This document shows positions 9,922 to 18,937 of a stretch of DNA of 64,000 nucleotides, piece by piece. The notes under the pieces are model-generated. The model was not told the DNA's origin and ran no database searches. It saw only the letters and a list, made by a program, of their open reading frames with translations. The position numbers and the translations under genes were made by a program. Every line of letters starts with the position of its first letter. Within the stretch, counting starts at the first letter, position 1. The stretch is from an uncultured bacterium (lineage in GTDB: Bacteria > Bacillota_I > Bacilli_A > RF39 > UBA660): NCBI GenBank assembly GCA_947646655.1, contig CANSHI010000006.1, positions 2,253 through 66,252 of the forward strand. The letters run 5' to 3'.

Positions 9922-11059
9922 AATCAAAATAAAGATTCCTAGTGACAATCACTACATCATAAAAAAATTTCATAGAAAAAATATCGACATCTTTAATATC
10001 GAATACATTGGTAAAACGGCTATTTATACCATTGACGAAGCAGATTTAGAAAAAATAAACATCGAAGATATCGAAATCATTTCCTATCGAGGGCTTAAAA
10101 GTTTTATAAAAAAAATAAAATACAATATCCACTTTATCATATCTTGTCTTATTATTATTTTACTTTTATACTTTTTTGGAGGTTGTATAATAAAAGTGGA
10201 AGTAATACACTCCAATAAAGATATAAGAGCTCTTTTAGAAAATGAACTTTTCTCACTAGGCATAAAATCGTTTACATTTAAAAAATCTTTCGAAGAATTG
10301 CAAACTATCAAAGAGCACATAAAAAAAGAATATCCGAATGACATCGAATGGCTTGAGATCGTGGATGACGGTATGAAGTACACGATTAGAGTCGAAGAGA
10401 GAATTATTACAGAAAAAAAAGATCCTCCTAAATACTGTAATATAGTGAGTACCAAAGATGCCGTAATCATGAATATTACTTCTCATAAAGGACAAGCTAT
10501 TTTAGGAATTAACGATCATGTAAAAAACGGCGATATTATTGTAAGTGGAAAAATAAAATTTAACGAAGAGACAAAATCGCATACATGTGCAGAAGCAACA
10601 GTATACGGTAACACTTGGTACAGAGTAGGAGCAAACCTTCCCCTCGACCACGAAACGAAAGAATATACTGGAAAAAAGAAAAACAATCTTGCATTCGAAA
10701 TAGGTACTAAATACACAAGAATTTTTAAAATTCATTTTGACGAATATGACGTAGAAAAAAAATGTATATTTCGCCTCGGCCATTTTGCCATATACAAAGA
10801 AACTGTAAAAGAATACTATACCAAAAAAGAAAAATATACTGAAGAAGAAGCCTACAATGAAGCTCTAAAACAAGCCAAAGAAAAATTGGAAATTAAACTG
10901 AATAATCAGGCAACCATTTTAAGCGAAAAAGTTTTGCAAAGTAACACTTATAATAGTATAATTAGTATAGACGTTTTCTATTCAGTAAAAGAAATAATCG
11001 GCAAACAAGTCGAAGCACAAATTGAAGAAGAAATAGAACCAAAAGAGCCGTCTAATTAA
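9914..11059 (+). CDS. yqfD: Sporulation protein YqfD-like (stage IV)
   Basis: About 380 aa with a single internal TM helix (IHFIISCLIIILLLYFFGG). Overlapping start with yqfC and Bacillus-like synteny with ybeY/dgkA. Confidence 0.75.
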   Translation: MNKIKIKIPSDNHYIIKKFHRKNIDIFNIEYIGKTAIYTIDEADLEKINIEDIEIISYRGLKSFIKKIKYNIHFIISCLIIILLLYFFGGCIIKVEVIHSNKDIRALLENELFSLGIKSFTFKKSFEELQTIKEHIKKEYPNDIEWLEIVDDGMKYTIRVEERIITEKKDPPKYCNIVSTKDAVIMNITSHKGQAILGINDHVKNGDIIVSGKIKFNEETKSHTCAEATVYGNTWYRVGANLPLDHETKEYTGKKKNNLAFEIGTKYTRIFKIHFDEYDVEKKCIFRLGHFAIYKETVKEYYTKKEKYTEEEAYNEALKQAKEKLEIKLNNQATILSEKVLQSNTYNSIISIDVFYSVKEIIGKQVEAQIEEEIEPKEPSN

Positions 11060-11073
11060 GGAGTTGTACCATT

Positions 11074-11694
11074 GTGATAGCATTACCAAATGAATTTTAT
11101 AAAATTGTCGAAGGCGACTGGCCAATGATATTGATCTTTATAGTTGTTTTATCGACTATCAGGATATGTTATATTTTAGAAAAAGGGGAAAAATTTGTCC
11201 TATATAAAGAGTTCTTTAGTTTATTCTTTGTAATATACATTTTGCTACTCTTTGGTCTAGTTACCAACACAGATGTTCAAGGTGGGCACAATAACTTTAT
11301 ACCATTTACAGAAATTTTAAGATATCCAATCGGAAGCAAATACTTTTATTGGAATGTCATTGGAAATATAGTTATTTTTATTCCATTCGGCTACTTTATA
11401 AGTCTTTACCTAAATTCAGGCCGAGTGAATAAACCACTCTTAATTACGTTTATAACAAGTTTAACTATCGAATCAGTGCAAATGTTCATCGGAAGAATAT
11501 TCGATGTCGACGATATTTTGCTAAACTGTGTTGGTGGTATATGTGGATTCCTTCTCTATATAGGGTTATCTGCTATAAAAAAACATTTACCAAAATTTTT
11601 ACAAAGAGATTTGATCTATAACATATTGACAGTAATCTTCATTATCTTTATAATAATTTACATCTTGAATTTATGGGGGATTAAAGTACGATGA
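11074..11694 (+). CDS. VanZ-family membrane protein
   Basis: Multi-TM protein with the VanZ motif GRIFDVDDILLNCVGGICGF. GTG start 10 nt after AAGGAG; the start is uncertain. Confidence 0.75.
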   Translation: MIALPNEFYKIVEGDWPMILIFIVVLSTIRICYILEKGEKFVLYKEFFSLFFVIYILLLFGLVTNTDVQGGHNNFIPFTEILRYPIGSKYFYWNVIGNIVIFIPFGYFISLYLNSGRVNKPLLITFITSLTIESVQMFIGRIFDVDDILLNCVGGICGFLLYIGLSAIKKHLPKFLQRDLIYNILTVIFIIFIIIYILNLWGIKVR

Positions 11695-12131
11695 AGTATT
11701 ACAGTATTATAGATGAATTTAGTTACGAAAAAGACTTTTCATTTCTAAACGATTTGCTCGATATAGCTGTAGAAAAGCTAAAAGTTGACGGTATATTTTC
11801 TATTATATTTATCGACAATGAAAAGATTCACGAATTGAATTTAAATTACAGAAATATAGATAGACCAACAGACGTCATATCATTCGCCTTAAATGACGTT
11901 AAAAATTCATATGAAAGCGAAATAAACGTTTTAGGAGATATATACATATCCATTCCTAAAATGAAAGAACAAGCAGAATGCTATGAACACAGTGAAAAAA
12001 GAGAGCTATCTTTTCTTACAATTCACGGATTATTGCACCTCCTTGGTTATGATCATCAAACTCCTGATGAAGAGAAAGTCATGTTTGACTTGCAGAAAGA
12101 GGTATTAAACTATGCAAATATCACGAAATAA
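11691..12131 (+). CDS. ybeY: rRNA maturation endoribonuclease YbeY
   Basis: HGLLHLLGYDH zinc motif; the size is typical. Confidence 0.93.
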   Translation: MKYYSIIDEFSYEKDFSFLNDLLDIAVEKLKVDGIFSIIFIDNEKIHELNLNYRNIDRPTDVISFALNDVKNSYESEINVLGDIYISIPKMKEQAECYEHSEKRELSFLTIHGLLHLLGYDHQTPDEEKVMFDLQKEVLNYANITK

Positions 12132-12513
12132 AAGTAAATATAAAGGTATAAAGAGATTTTACTATAGTATTAAATACTCTTTCAATGGATTGTTTTACGC
12201 TTATAAAAACGAAAAAAGTTTAGGTATTCATGGAATCCTTTCTATAATAACTATCATATTAGGGTTTGTACTTAACATTTCACATACACAATGGGCTGTC
12301 ATCTTAATCTCTTTAGCAGCTATCCTTGCATTTGAGCTAGTTAATACTGCTATGGAAGCAGTTGTCGATATGGTCACATTGGAATATAACGAACTAGCGA
12401 GAATAGCCAAAGATTGTTGCAGTGGAGCAACATTCGTCATGTCCTTAATAGGCTTTATAATCGCCGTTGTAACCTTTGCTCCTAAAATTGCTCACATATT
12501 TGGCTGGCTTTAA
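12112..12513 (+). CDS. dgkA: Diacylglycerol/undecaprenol kinase DgkA family
   Basis: Three TM helices and ELVNTAMEAVVD. It follows ybeY, as in Bacillus. Confidence 0.85.
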   Translation: MQISRNKSKYKGIKRFYYSIKYSFNGLFYAYKNEKSLGIHGILSIITIILGFVLNISHTQWAVILISLAAILAFELVNTAMEAVVDMVTLEYNELARIAKDCCSGATFVMSLIGFIIAVVTFAPKIAHIFGWL

Positions 12514-12563
12514 CTTTTAAAAGCACAGAGTAGCAATCTGAGCTTTTTTTCATATAATATTAT

Positions 12564-13205
12564 ATGAAAAGAATTGCACATAGAGGATATAAAACTCTAA
12601 ATATTAAAGAGAATACTATGGAAGCTTTTAAAAACGCTTTCAATCACGATTTTGACGGAATCGAATTTGATGTCCGTAAAACTAAAGATAATAAATTGGT
12701 TATATGTCACAATGCATGGATCAACTTAACTAGTGACGGTTCAGGTCTTATAAGTGAGCTCAGTTATGATGAGCTAGAAGATTACAACTTTGGTTCAAAT
12801 GCAACTCCGAGCAAAATACCTCTTTTAAAAGATGTTTTAAAAGAATTTAAAAACAACGGTAAGATCAAACTTGTCGAAATAAAATCAAATATAAACCTCG
12901 ATGAAGTATTAGACTTTATAGACGAAGACACATACTTTATAAGTTTTGATACATCTTACATTGAAGCATTAAAAAAAATATACCCCAATCTCAAGTTTGG
13001 AGTACTAAACTATGTATTAAATACAGAACTAGATTACGACCTAGATGCTATATGTTTACTAGATAACATCGCGAACGACTTAATTGTAGAACATTTTTTA
13101 AACAAAGGTATTAAAGTCTTTATATATGGAATTGTAGGAAAAATAGATTATTTAAGAGATTACGATAACCTATATTACATTGTTAATGATTTATCGACTA
13201 ATTAA
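12564..13205 (+). CDS. Glycerophosphodiester phosphodiesterase family protein
   Basis: IAHRGY, ENTMEAF, GIEFDVRKTKDNKLVICHN. Confidence 0.85.
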   Translation: MKRIAHRGYKTLNIKENTMEAFKNAFNHDFDGIEFDVRKTKDNKLVICHNAWINLTSDGSGLISELSYDELEDYNFGSNATPSKIPLLKDVLKEFKNNGKIKLVEIKSNINLDEVLDFIDEDTYFISFDTSYIEALKKIYPNLKFGVLNYVLNTELDYDLDAICLLDNIANDLIVEHFLNKGIKVFIYGIVGKIDYLRDYDNLYYIVNDLSTN

Positions 13206-13541
13206 ATCATTGGCAGCATGAGAATAAGCACGGAGTAGAGGACCACTGCCGAGTTTTACACCACCGAAATAACGAACTACAACGATTAAGACTCCATCTA
13301 GTTTATTTCGTTCTATAACATTCCAAATAGGTGTACCAGCTGTACCAGAAGGCTCTTTATCATCACTCTTACGGGCTTCTGTTCCTACTTTATAAGCATA
13401 AGGCATATGCCTTGCTTTTTTATGTTCAAGTTTTAATTCGCTAAATATTTCTTCAACCTCATTAACACTTTTAATTTCATAATACAAGCCTATAAATTTT
13501 GATTTTTTAATAACGATCTCACTAGTATAAACAGGTTCCAT
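13191..13541 (-). CDS. IMPACT/YigZ-family protein, N-terminal domain only
   Basis: IKKSKFIG, HMPYAY, DDKEPSGTAGTPI. Only 116 aa. The 3' end overlaps the convergent 12564 gene by 15 nt. Confidence 0.75.
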   Translation of the reverse strand: MEPVYTSEIVIKKSKFIGLYYEIKSVNEVEEIFSELKLEHKKARHMPYAYKVGTEARKSDDKEPSGTAGTPIWNVIERNKLDGVLIVVVRYFGGVKLGSGPLLRAYSHAANDLISR

Positions 13542-13696
13542 ATAATCACCAACTTAATAATATAGTAAATATAAATTTTTGTCCAGTTATTTTAAATTCC
13601 GAAAATTACTAAACTAGAAAAAATCGGAATCCAAGCATTTAAAAATTATTTACTTATTTTGAAACTTCTGTAGTATAATAATCATGGTGATTACAT

Positions 13697-15469
13697 ATGT
13701 TTAAAAACGAACTAAGCCTGGTGCCACATCTACCTGGCTCTTACCAAATGTACGATAAAAATGACATCGTTATATATGTTGGAAAAGCTAAAGATTTAAA
13801 AAACCGCCTCTCGTCATACTTTACAGGTAGAGTAACAGGCAAAACAAAAAAACTAGTAAGCGAAATTGCTTATTTTAAATATATTGTCACATCGACAGAA
13901 AATGAAGCATTTATCTTAGAGCTTAACTTGATCAAAAAATATGATCCCAAATACAACATCTTACTCCGCGATGATAAAAGTTATCCATACATTGAATACA
14001 TTAGAAAACCATATCCAAGACTTAAAATAGTTCGTTACTTAAACGTCAAAAAAGCAAAAGATAGAAGACTCTTCGGTCCTTTTCCCAACCAATACGCTGC
14101 AAGAAGAATTGTTAACCTCATTAATAGACTTTATCCTCTAAAAAAATGCGAAGGAAACCCAAAAGAAGTCTGTCTTTACTATCATATAGGAGAGTGTCTA
14201 GGATTTTGTTCAAAAGAAATAAATAACTCTAAAATAGACGAAATGGAAGCCGAAATAATTTCTTTTCTAAGAGGAAATGACACTATCATCAAAGATAAAA
14301 TCATGGAACGAATCAATTATCATAGTGAGCAGATGAATTATGAAGTGGCCCTAGATTTAAAAAGAGAATTAGATTATATCACTATTATTTTAGCAAGACA
14401 AAAAGTCGAACTAACAGACTTAGTAGATAGAGACATCATCAACTACTATATCGAAAATGGTTACATAAGTATCAATTTCTTCTTTATAAGACATGGCAAA
14501 CTGCTCGGCAATAAAAACGAGATTTTTCCTATCATGGACGAATATATTGATGAAATAGAATACTTTATAGGCTTATTTTACACTAAAAATGAACTTCCTG
14601 CCGAAATAATTATAAATGATGAACTCGATGCTGAGGTTCTTAGTGAAGCATTAAATACTAAAGCGATACATGTTCAAAAAGGAAAAAAGAAAAATCTTTT
14701 AGAGCTTGCCAAAACTAATGCTAAAATTTCCTTACAAAACCAATTTGAAACGATCCACAGAGATGAGCAGAAAACTATTGAAGCCAATGAAGAACTACGT
14801 AAACTTCTAAACTTAGACAAACTTTATAGAATTGACATCTTCGACAATTCAAACCTTTTTGGAGAATATTCTGTCAGTGGTATGGTAGTATTTAAAGACG
14901 GAAAACCTTCTAAAAATGATTATCGTAAATTTAAAATTAGTTTAGAAAAAAACGATGACTATAATACTATGAAAGAAGTTCTTTATAGGCGTTACTATCG
15001 TATGCTAATGGAAAAGACAGAATTTCCCGACCTAATTATTTTAGATGGTGGAGAGAACCAAATTAATGCCGCCAAAGAAATTATGGAAATGCTTAATTTA
15101 AATATCAAATTAGTAGGACTTAAAAAAAACAATAAACACCGCACAGACGACTTAGTAGATGAAAATCAAGAAATTATTCCTATAGACAAGACTTCAAACC
15201 TTTTTCACTATCTAACTAGAATCCAAGATGAAGTACACCGCTTCACTATCAATTATCATAGACAAATTAGAAGTAAAGGGTCCATTCAAAGTGTTCTCGA
15301 TAACATTGAAGGCCTTGGCGAAAAAAGAAGAAAAGCCCTTATTAAAAAATTTGGCAGTTTAAAGGGTATCAAAGCTGCAACACAGGAAGAATTGGCTGAC
15401 ATCATACCAGAAAACATCGCTATAAGATTAAAAGAATATTTAAGTTCTTTAGACGAGATAAAAAAATAA
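13697..15469 (+). CDS. uvrC: Excinuclease ABC subunit C
   Basis: GIY-YIG N-terminus (PGSYQMYDKNDIVIYVGKAKDLKNR), full length, C-terminal HhH region. Confidence 0.95.
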   Translation: MFKNELSLVPHLPGSYQMYDKNDIVIYVGKAKDLKNRLSSYFTGRVTGKTKKLVSEIAYFKYIVTSTENEAFILELNLIKKYDPKYNILLRDDKSYPYIEYIRKPYPRLKIVRYLNVKKAKDRRLFGPFPNQYAARRIVNLINRLYPLKKCEGNPKEVCLYYHIGECLGFCSKEINNSKIDEMEAEIISFLRGNDTIIKDKIMERINYHSEQMNYEVALDLKRELDYITIILARQKVELTDLVDRDIINYYIENGYISINFFFIRHGKLLGNKNEIFPIMDEYIDEIEYFIGLFYTKNELPAEIIINDELDAEVLSEALNTKAIHVQKGKKKNLLELAKTNAKISLQNQFETIHRDEQKTIEANEELRKLLNLDKLYRIDIFDNSNLFGEYSVSGMVVFKDGKPSKNDYRKFKISLEKNDDYNTMKEVLYRRYYRMLMEKTEFPDLIILDGGENQINAAKEIMEMLNLNIKLVGLKKNNKHRTDDLVDENQEIIPIDKTSNLFHYLTRIQDEVHRFTINYHRQIRSKGSIQSVLDNIEGLGEKRRKALIKKFGSLKGIKAATQEELADIIPENIAIRLKEYLSSLDEIKK

Positions 15470-15528
15470 AAGTAAAACCACGCATTTAAATTGGTTTACT
15501 TTTTTCTTTATTATAAAACAATCTTAAT

Positions 15529-16467
15529 TTACAATATTTCTTCATCAAAACCCAATTTTTTTCTTGCAACATATATAGGTCTATTTTTTGTTTCGATAAA
15601 CATCTTAGCAATATACTCTCCTAGAATACCGATTGCAATAAGCTGTATTCCTCCTAAAAACAAAGTTAAACTCGCCAAAGTCGCAAAACCTGGAGTATCG
15701 ACACCACGTATTAAAGTTTTCACTATTAAGTAAACGAGATAAATGAAACCTCCTAAAGAAGACAAAGTACCAAAAAAGGTTGCTAGTTTTAAAGGCTTAA
15801 CAGAAAAACCGACTACACCGTTTATTGCATATTTAAAAGAGGACTTTAAGTTAAATTTAGTTTTTCCAGCCTTACGCTTTCCGACTTTATACTCCATTGA
15901 CTTTGTATTGAATCCGACCCAACTAAATATACCTTTTGAAAACCTATTTTTCTCAGGCAAATTCAATATAGCTTCTTTAACTGTTGATCTAAACATTCTA
16001 AAATCGCTCGCATCTTCGATAAACTTTGTATCGCTTAAAAAGTTAATAAACTTATAAAACAACTTTCCACCTACACGTTTAAAAATATTCCCATTTCTCT
16101 TTTGTATAGTCATAACTACTTGATCATAATCAGGATGATGATCTAAAAATGTCATCATATTTTCCAAATAAGTTGGATTTTGTTCCATGTCTGCATCTAT
16201 TATAGCTGTATATTCGCCTGCTGCATGCTCCATACCAGCATATATTGCCGCATCTTTTCCAAAATTTCTACTAAAACTGATAACTTTAACATGCTCCTTG
16301 TCATTTCGATATACAGACTCCAGTACCTTATAAGTTTTATCCTTGCTTCCATCATCGACAAAAACTACTTCAAAATTGATGTCAGAAAATATTGCTCGAA
16401 TATTATTATAAATACTATCTATATTAGCTTCCTCATTACACGCAGGGATTATTATACTTAACTTCAT
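15529..16467 (-). CDS. GT2 glycosyltransferase of the polyprenyl-phosphate sugar synthase type (GtrB/CsbB-like)
   Basis: IIIPACNEE, VDDGSKDKT and DADMEQ motifs plus two C-terminal TM helices. AGGAGG RBS. Confidence 0.9.
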   Translation of the reverse strand: MKLSIIIPACNEEANIDSIYNNIRAIFSDINFEVVFVDDGSKDKTYKVLESVYRNDKEHVKVISFSRNFGKDAAIYAGMEHAAGEYTAIIDADMEQNPTYLENMMTFLDHHPDYDQVVMTIQKRNGNIFKRVGGKLFYKFINFLSDTKFIEDASDFRMFRSTVKEAILNLPEKNRFSKGIFSWVGFNTKSMEYKVGKRKAGKTKFNLKSSFKYAINGVVGFSVKPLKLATFFGTLSSLGGFIYLVYLIVKTLIRGVDTPGFATLASLTLFLGGIQLIAIGILGEYIAKMFIETKNRPIYVARKKLGFDEEIL

Positions 16468-16490
16468 AAAAAGTACCTCCTAATACCATA

Positions 16491-16519
16491 ATTATAGAGC
16501 GTTTTAACCTTTTTGTAAA
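16491..16519 (-). promoter_or_regulatory. SigmaA-type promoter candidate for the GT2 gene
   Basis: Minus strand: TTTACA, 17-nt spacer, TATAAT. Confidence 0.5.
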
Positions 16520-16633
16520 TAAAAAATATTGCATTTTTTGAGTGTCTTCATACAAATTCTTAAATGTTATTATAATCTTTATTTATAAAGGTTTATGGCA
16601 TTTTTGTTTTACTCTATCAAATCTATCAATGAC

Positions 16634-16944
16634 TTGCCAAAAAGTTGTTTTTATGTTATGATGAATATGCCAAGGAAACTTGCATAAAATAAAAAAGGAA
16701 TACCTAGTTTTGTCGAGTTAGGTACTATTCCAAAATAATTTGTCTAGTACCGACTTATACAGTTGGTACTATTTTTATTAAAATGACTAAAATCACAATA
16801 ATAAGGAGTATTATGATAGTACAAAGATATTTCTCTGATTTTTCATAATTTCACCTCCTTCCACTTTAAAAGCAAAGGAGAATAGTACCCAAACTAACTA
16901 AATATTCCTTATTATATTGTACTATTAATGATAGATTAAAACAA
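16634..16944. promoter_or_regulatory. Structured intergenic element with convergent promoter candidates, TAGTAC/GTACTA repeats, mirrored mini-ORFs and terminators on both strands
   Basis: See findings. Plus strand: TTGCCA-17-TATGAT (16634-16662). Minus strand: TTGTTT-17-TACAAT (16916-16944). Hairpins at 16697-16731 and 16745-16771. Confidence 0.35.
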
Positions 16945-17051
16945 GTAAACAAAAAAATGAAGAATTATATAAAAATATTGGAGGCTTGCCAAAAAAACAG
17001 CCTTTATTTTCAAATAATAACAAGTCTTCATTCTGATACATATTTTAGTTT

Positions 17052-17075
17052 TTAAAAACACTAGATTCCCTAGTG
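17052..17075 (-). terminator. Rho-independent terminator of the GH25 gene
   Basis: CACTAG / CTAGTG stem directly after the stop codon, followed by a T-run on the minus strand. Confidence 0.6.
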
Positions 17076-17077
17076 CT

Positions 17078-17905
17078 TTATTCACATTTTTTATAAACAT
17101 TCAAAGCTTTCACATAACCAGGTTCGATTTTATAAGGTGCTTCTCTATCCTTTAACACTTCTTCAATTACAAATTCTCTGTCACATACTCTTTCGACGAC
17201 TTCTTCTCCATCACTATTTCTAAAAATATCACCCGTCACAAAAACCTTATCTCCACGACTAAATTTTAACGTTTCATCTTCATTTAAATGATTTAACCCA
17301 GCACGTCTTATGACATCAGGATAATCAATATATGCAATATCCCCATCGACTCTTCCGCGTATACCAGGAAGTTCTTCGTAAGCAGTATTTTGCCACATTC
17401 CCGCATGTCCCTTATATGTGAGACGATCATTCCATTCGGCTACCCACTTATCGAAGGCATCCAACTCCTCTGAATCTAAGTTACTATTAAATCTATCCAA
17501 ACTTCCATATATACCTACATAATATCCATTGCGTTCCATTTCTTCACAATAAAATTTGACAATTTCTGTAAGTTCATTCTTAGGTAAAGACATCATTCTA
17601 CGTGCTTCTACATCCAAGAAAACTGGATACTCGAGCTTTTTATCTTTGATCAATCTCAAAGTATGCATTACTTCACTACGGGTATCGTCTAAATTAGTTG
17701 CATAACTATATAAATAAACTCCATAAGGAATATTTAGTTCAGAACACGCACTCGCATTTCGTTCAAAATATACATCATCCTGCCTTCTAGAATCATTGCC
17801 CCAACCACATCTCAAAATAGCAAAATCGATATGTGGTTTAACTCTTTGCCAATCAATTTTACCTTGATAAGAAGAAACATCGATACCTCTTCTCACACGC
17901 ATCAC
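17078..17905 (-). CDS. GH25 muramidase (lysozyme) with a C-terminal SH3-like extension and no signal peptide
   Basis: GIDVSSYQGKIDWQRVK and DFAILRCGWG are typical GH25 N-terminal motifs. The protein starts MMRVRRGIDVS with no hydrophobic leader. Confidence 0.88.
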   Translation of the reverse strand: MMRVRRGIDVSSYQGKIDWQRVKPHIDFAILRCGWGNDSRRQDDVYFERNASACSELNIPYGVYLYSYATNLDDTRSEVMHTLRLIKDKKLEYPVFLDVEARRMMSLPKNELTEIVKFYCEEMERNGYYVGIYGSLDRFNSNLDSEELDAFDKWVAEWNDRLTYKGHAGMWQNTAYEELPGIRGRVDGDIAYIDYPDVIRRAGLNHLNEDETLKFSRGDKVFVTGDIFRNSDGEEVVERVCDREFVIEEVLKDREAPYKIEPGYVKALNVYKKCE

Positions 17906-18001
17906 TCCTCATAATATTCTATTCTTTAAACATTAAGAAGTTACAAAATCTTGAAAAAAGAATAATTTATTGTATAATTTTATTAGAATTTAGGTGATAA
18001 A

Positions 18002-18598
18002 ATGAGAATAGGAATCGACATAGACGGAGTTTTAACAGATTACGAAAGATTTTCCTACGACTACTTTAGTAAATACTGTTTAGAAAATAAAATCGACTAT
18101 CATATATTGGATTCACAATATGAAACATGTGATACTTTTAATGTAAGTAAAAATATAGAAAAACAGTTTTGGAAAAAAAATTTAAACTTTTATGCGACCA
18201 ATTATCCTGCAAGACCTTTTGCCAGTGAAGTCATTAAAAAACTTAAAGAAGAGGGAAACGAAATATATATAATCACGGCGAGAACTCTAACTGATAGACA
18301 AGATGAAAGTGGACAAAAAATGCGTGAAACTGTCGAAAATTGGCTTACCAAAAATATGATCGAATATAACAAAATCATTTATTGCAAACGTCCAACTTAT
18401 AACAAAATAAATGAGATCAATAATTATAAAATAGATTTAATGATAGAAGACTCCCCTCAAAATGTTGAAAAATTATCTAAACTCATACCAGTCATAATTT
18501 TTCACTCAGAATATAATAAAAATTGCAATCTTCCAAATACCACTAGATGCTATAGCTGGTATGATATATATCGATATATACAAAATAAAAGCTGTTGA
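18002..18598 (+). CDS. HAD-superfamily hydrolase, 5'(3')-deoxyribonucleotidase-like
   Basis: IGIDIDGVL HAD motif I and IITART motif II-like. The specific function is a guess. Confidence 0.65.
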   Translation: MRIGIDIDGVLTDYERFSYDYFSKYCLENKIDYHILDSQYETCDTFNVSKNIEKQFWKKNLNFYATNYPARPFASEVIKKLKEEGNEIYIITARTLTDRQDESGQKMRETVENWLTKNMIEYNKIIYCKRPTYNKINEINNYKIDLMIEDSPQNVEKLSKLIPVIIFHSEYNKNCNLPNTTRCYSWYDIYRYIQNKSC

Positions 18599-18624
18599 AA
18601 AACTACAACATTTCAACAGTTTTT

Positions 18625-18888
18625 TTATTGTCCTAAATACTTTGACTTATATTCGCTTACCAATTTCATCAATTTAGTAAAATTTTCTTCACTAAAGTGA
18701 CTTTTATATTTAGTTAAATCGATATTGGGATTTGCATACAAAGCCTCATAATTTTTTTTGACAAACCTATAGACAAAATCCACCTCAGATTCACTCAAAA
18801 TAATACCTTTTTTTGTACTAAATTTGACCACATCTTCACGAGTCATTTTAGCAACATAATTTTTAACTAGTTGAAACATTTTAATCAC
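18625..18888 (-). CDS. Small helical protein of unknown function (possibly DUF2624/YqfT-like)
   Basis: 87-aa ORF with a plausible RBS. The family assignment is from memory only. Confidence 0.5.
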   Translation of the reverse strand: MIKMFQLVKNYVAKMTREDVVKFSTKKGIILSESEVDFVYRFVKKNYEALYANPNIDLTKYKSHFSEENFTKLMKLVSEYKSKYLGQ

Positions 18889-18937
18889 CTATTTTATTAT
18901 ATGATTACTTCGCCAAAAATTAACCATACTATAAAAG

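Noticed and set aside
15491-16461. Plus-strand ORFs 15491..15733, 15743..16057 and 16180..16461
   Set aside because: They lie antisense to the well-supported GT2 glycosyltransferase gene and have low-complexity translations.
16811-16848. Type I toxin-antitoxin interpretation of the convergent transcripts and mini-ORFs
   Set aside because: The peptides are only 11 aa and not hydrophobic. No longer ORF exists in either putative transcript, so a membrane-toxin model does not fit.
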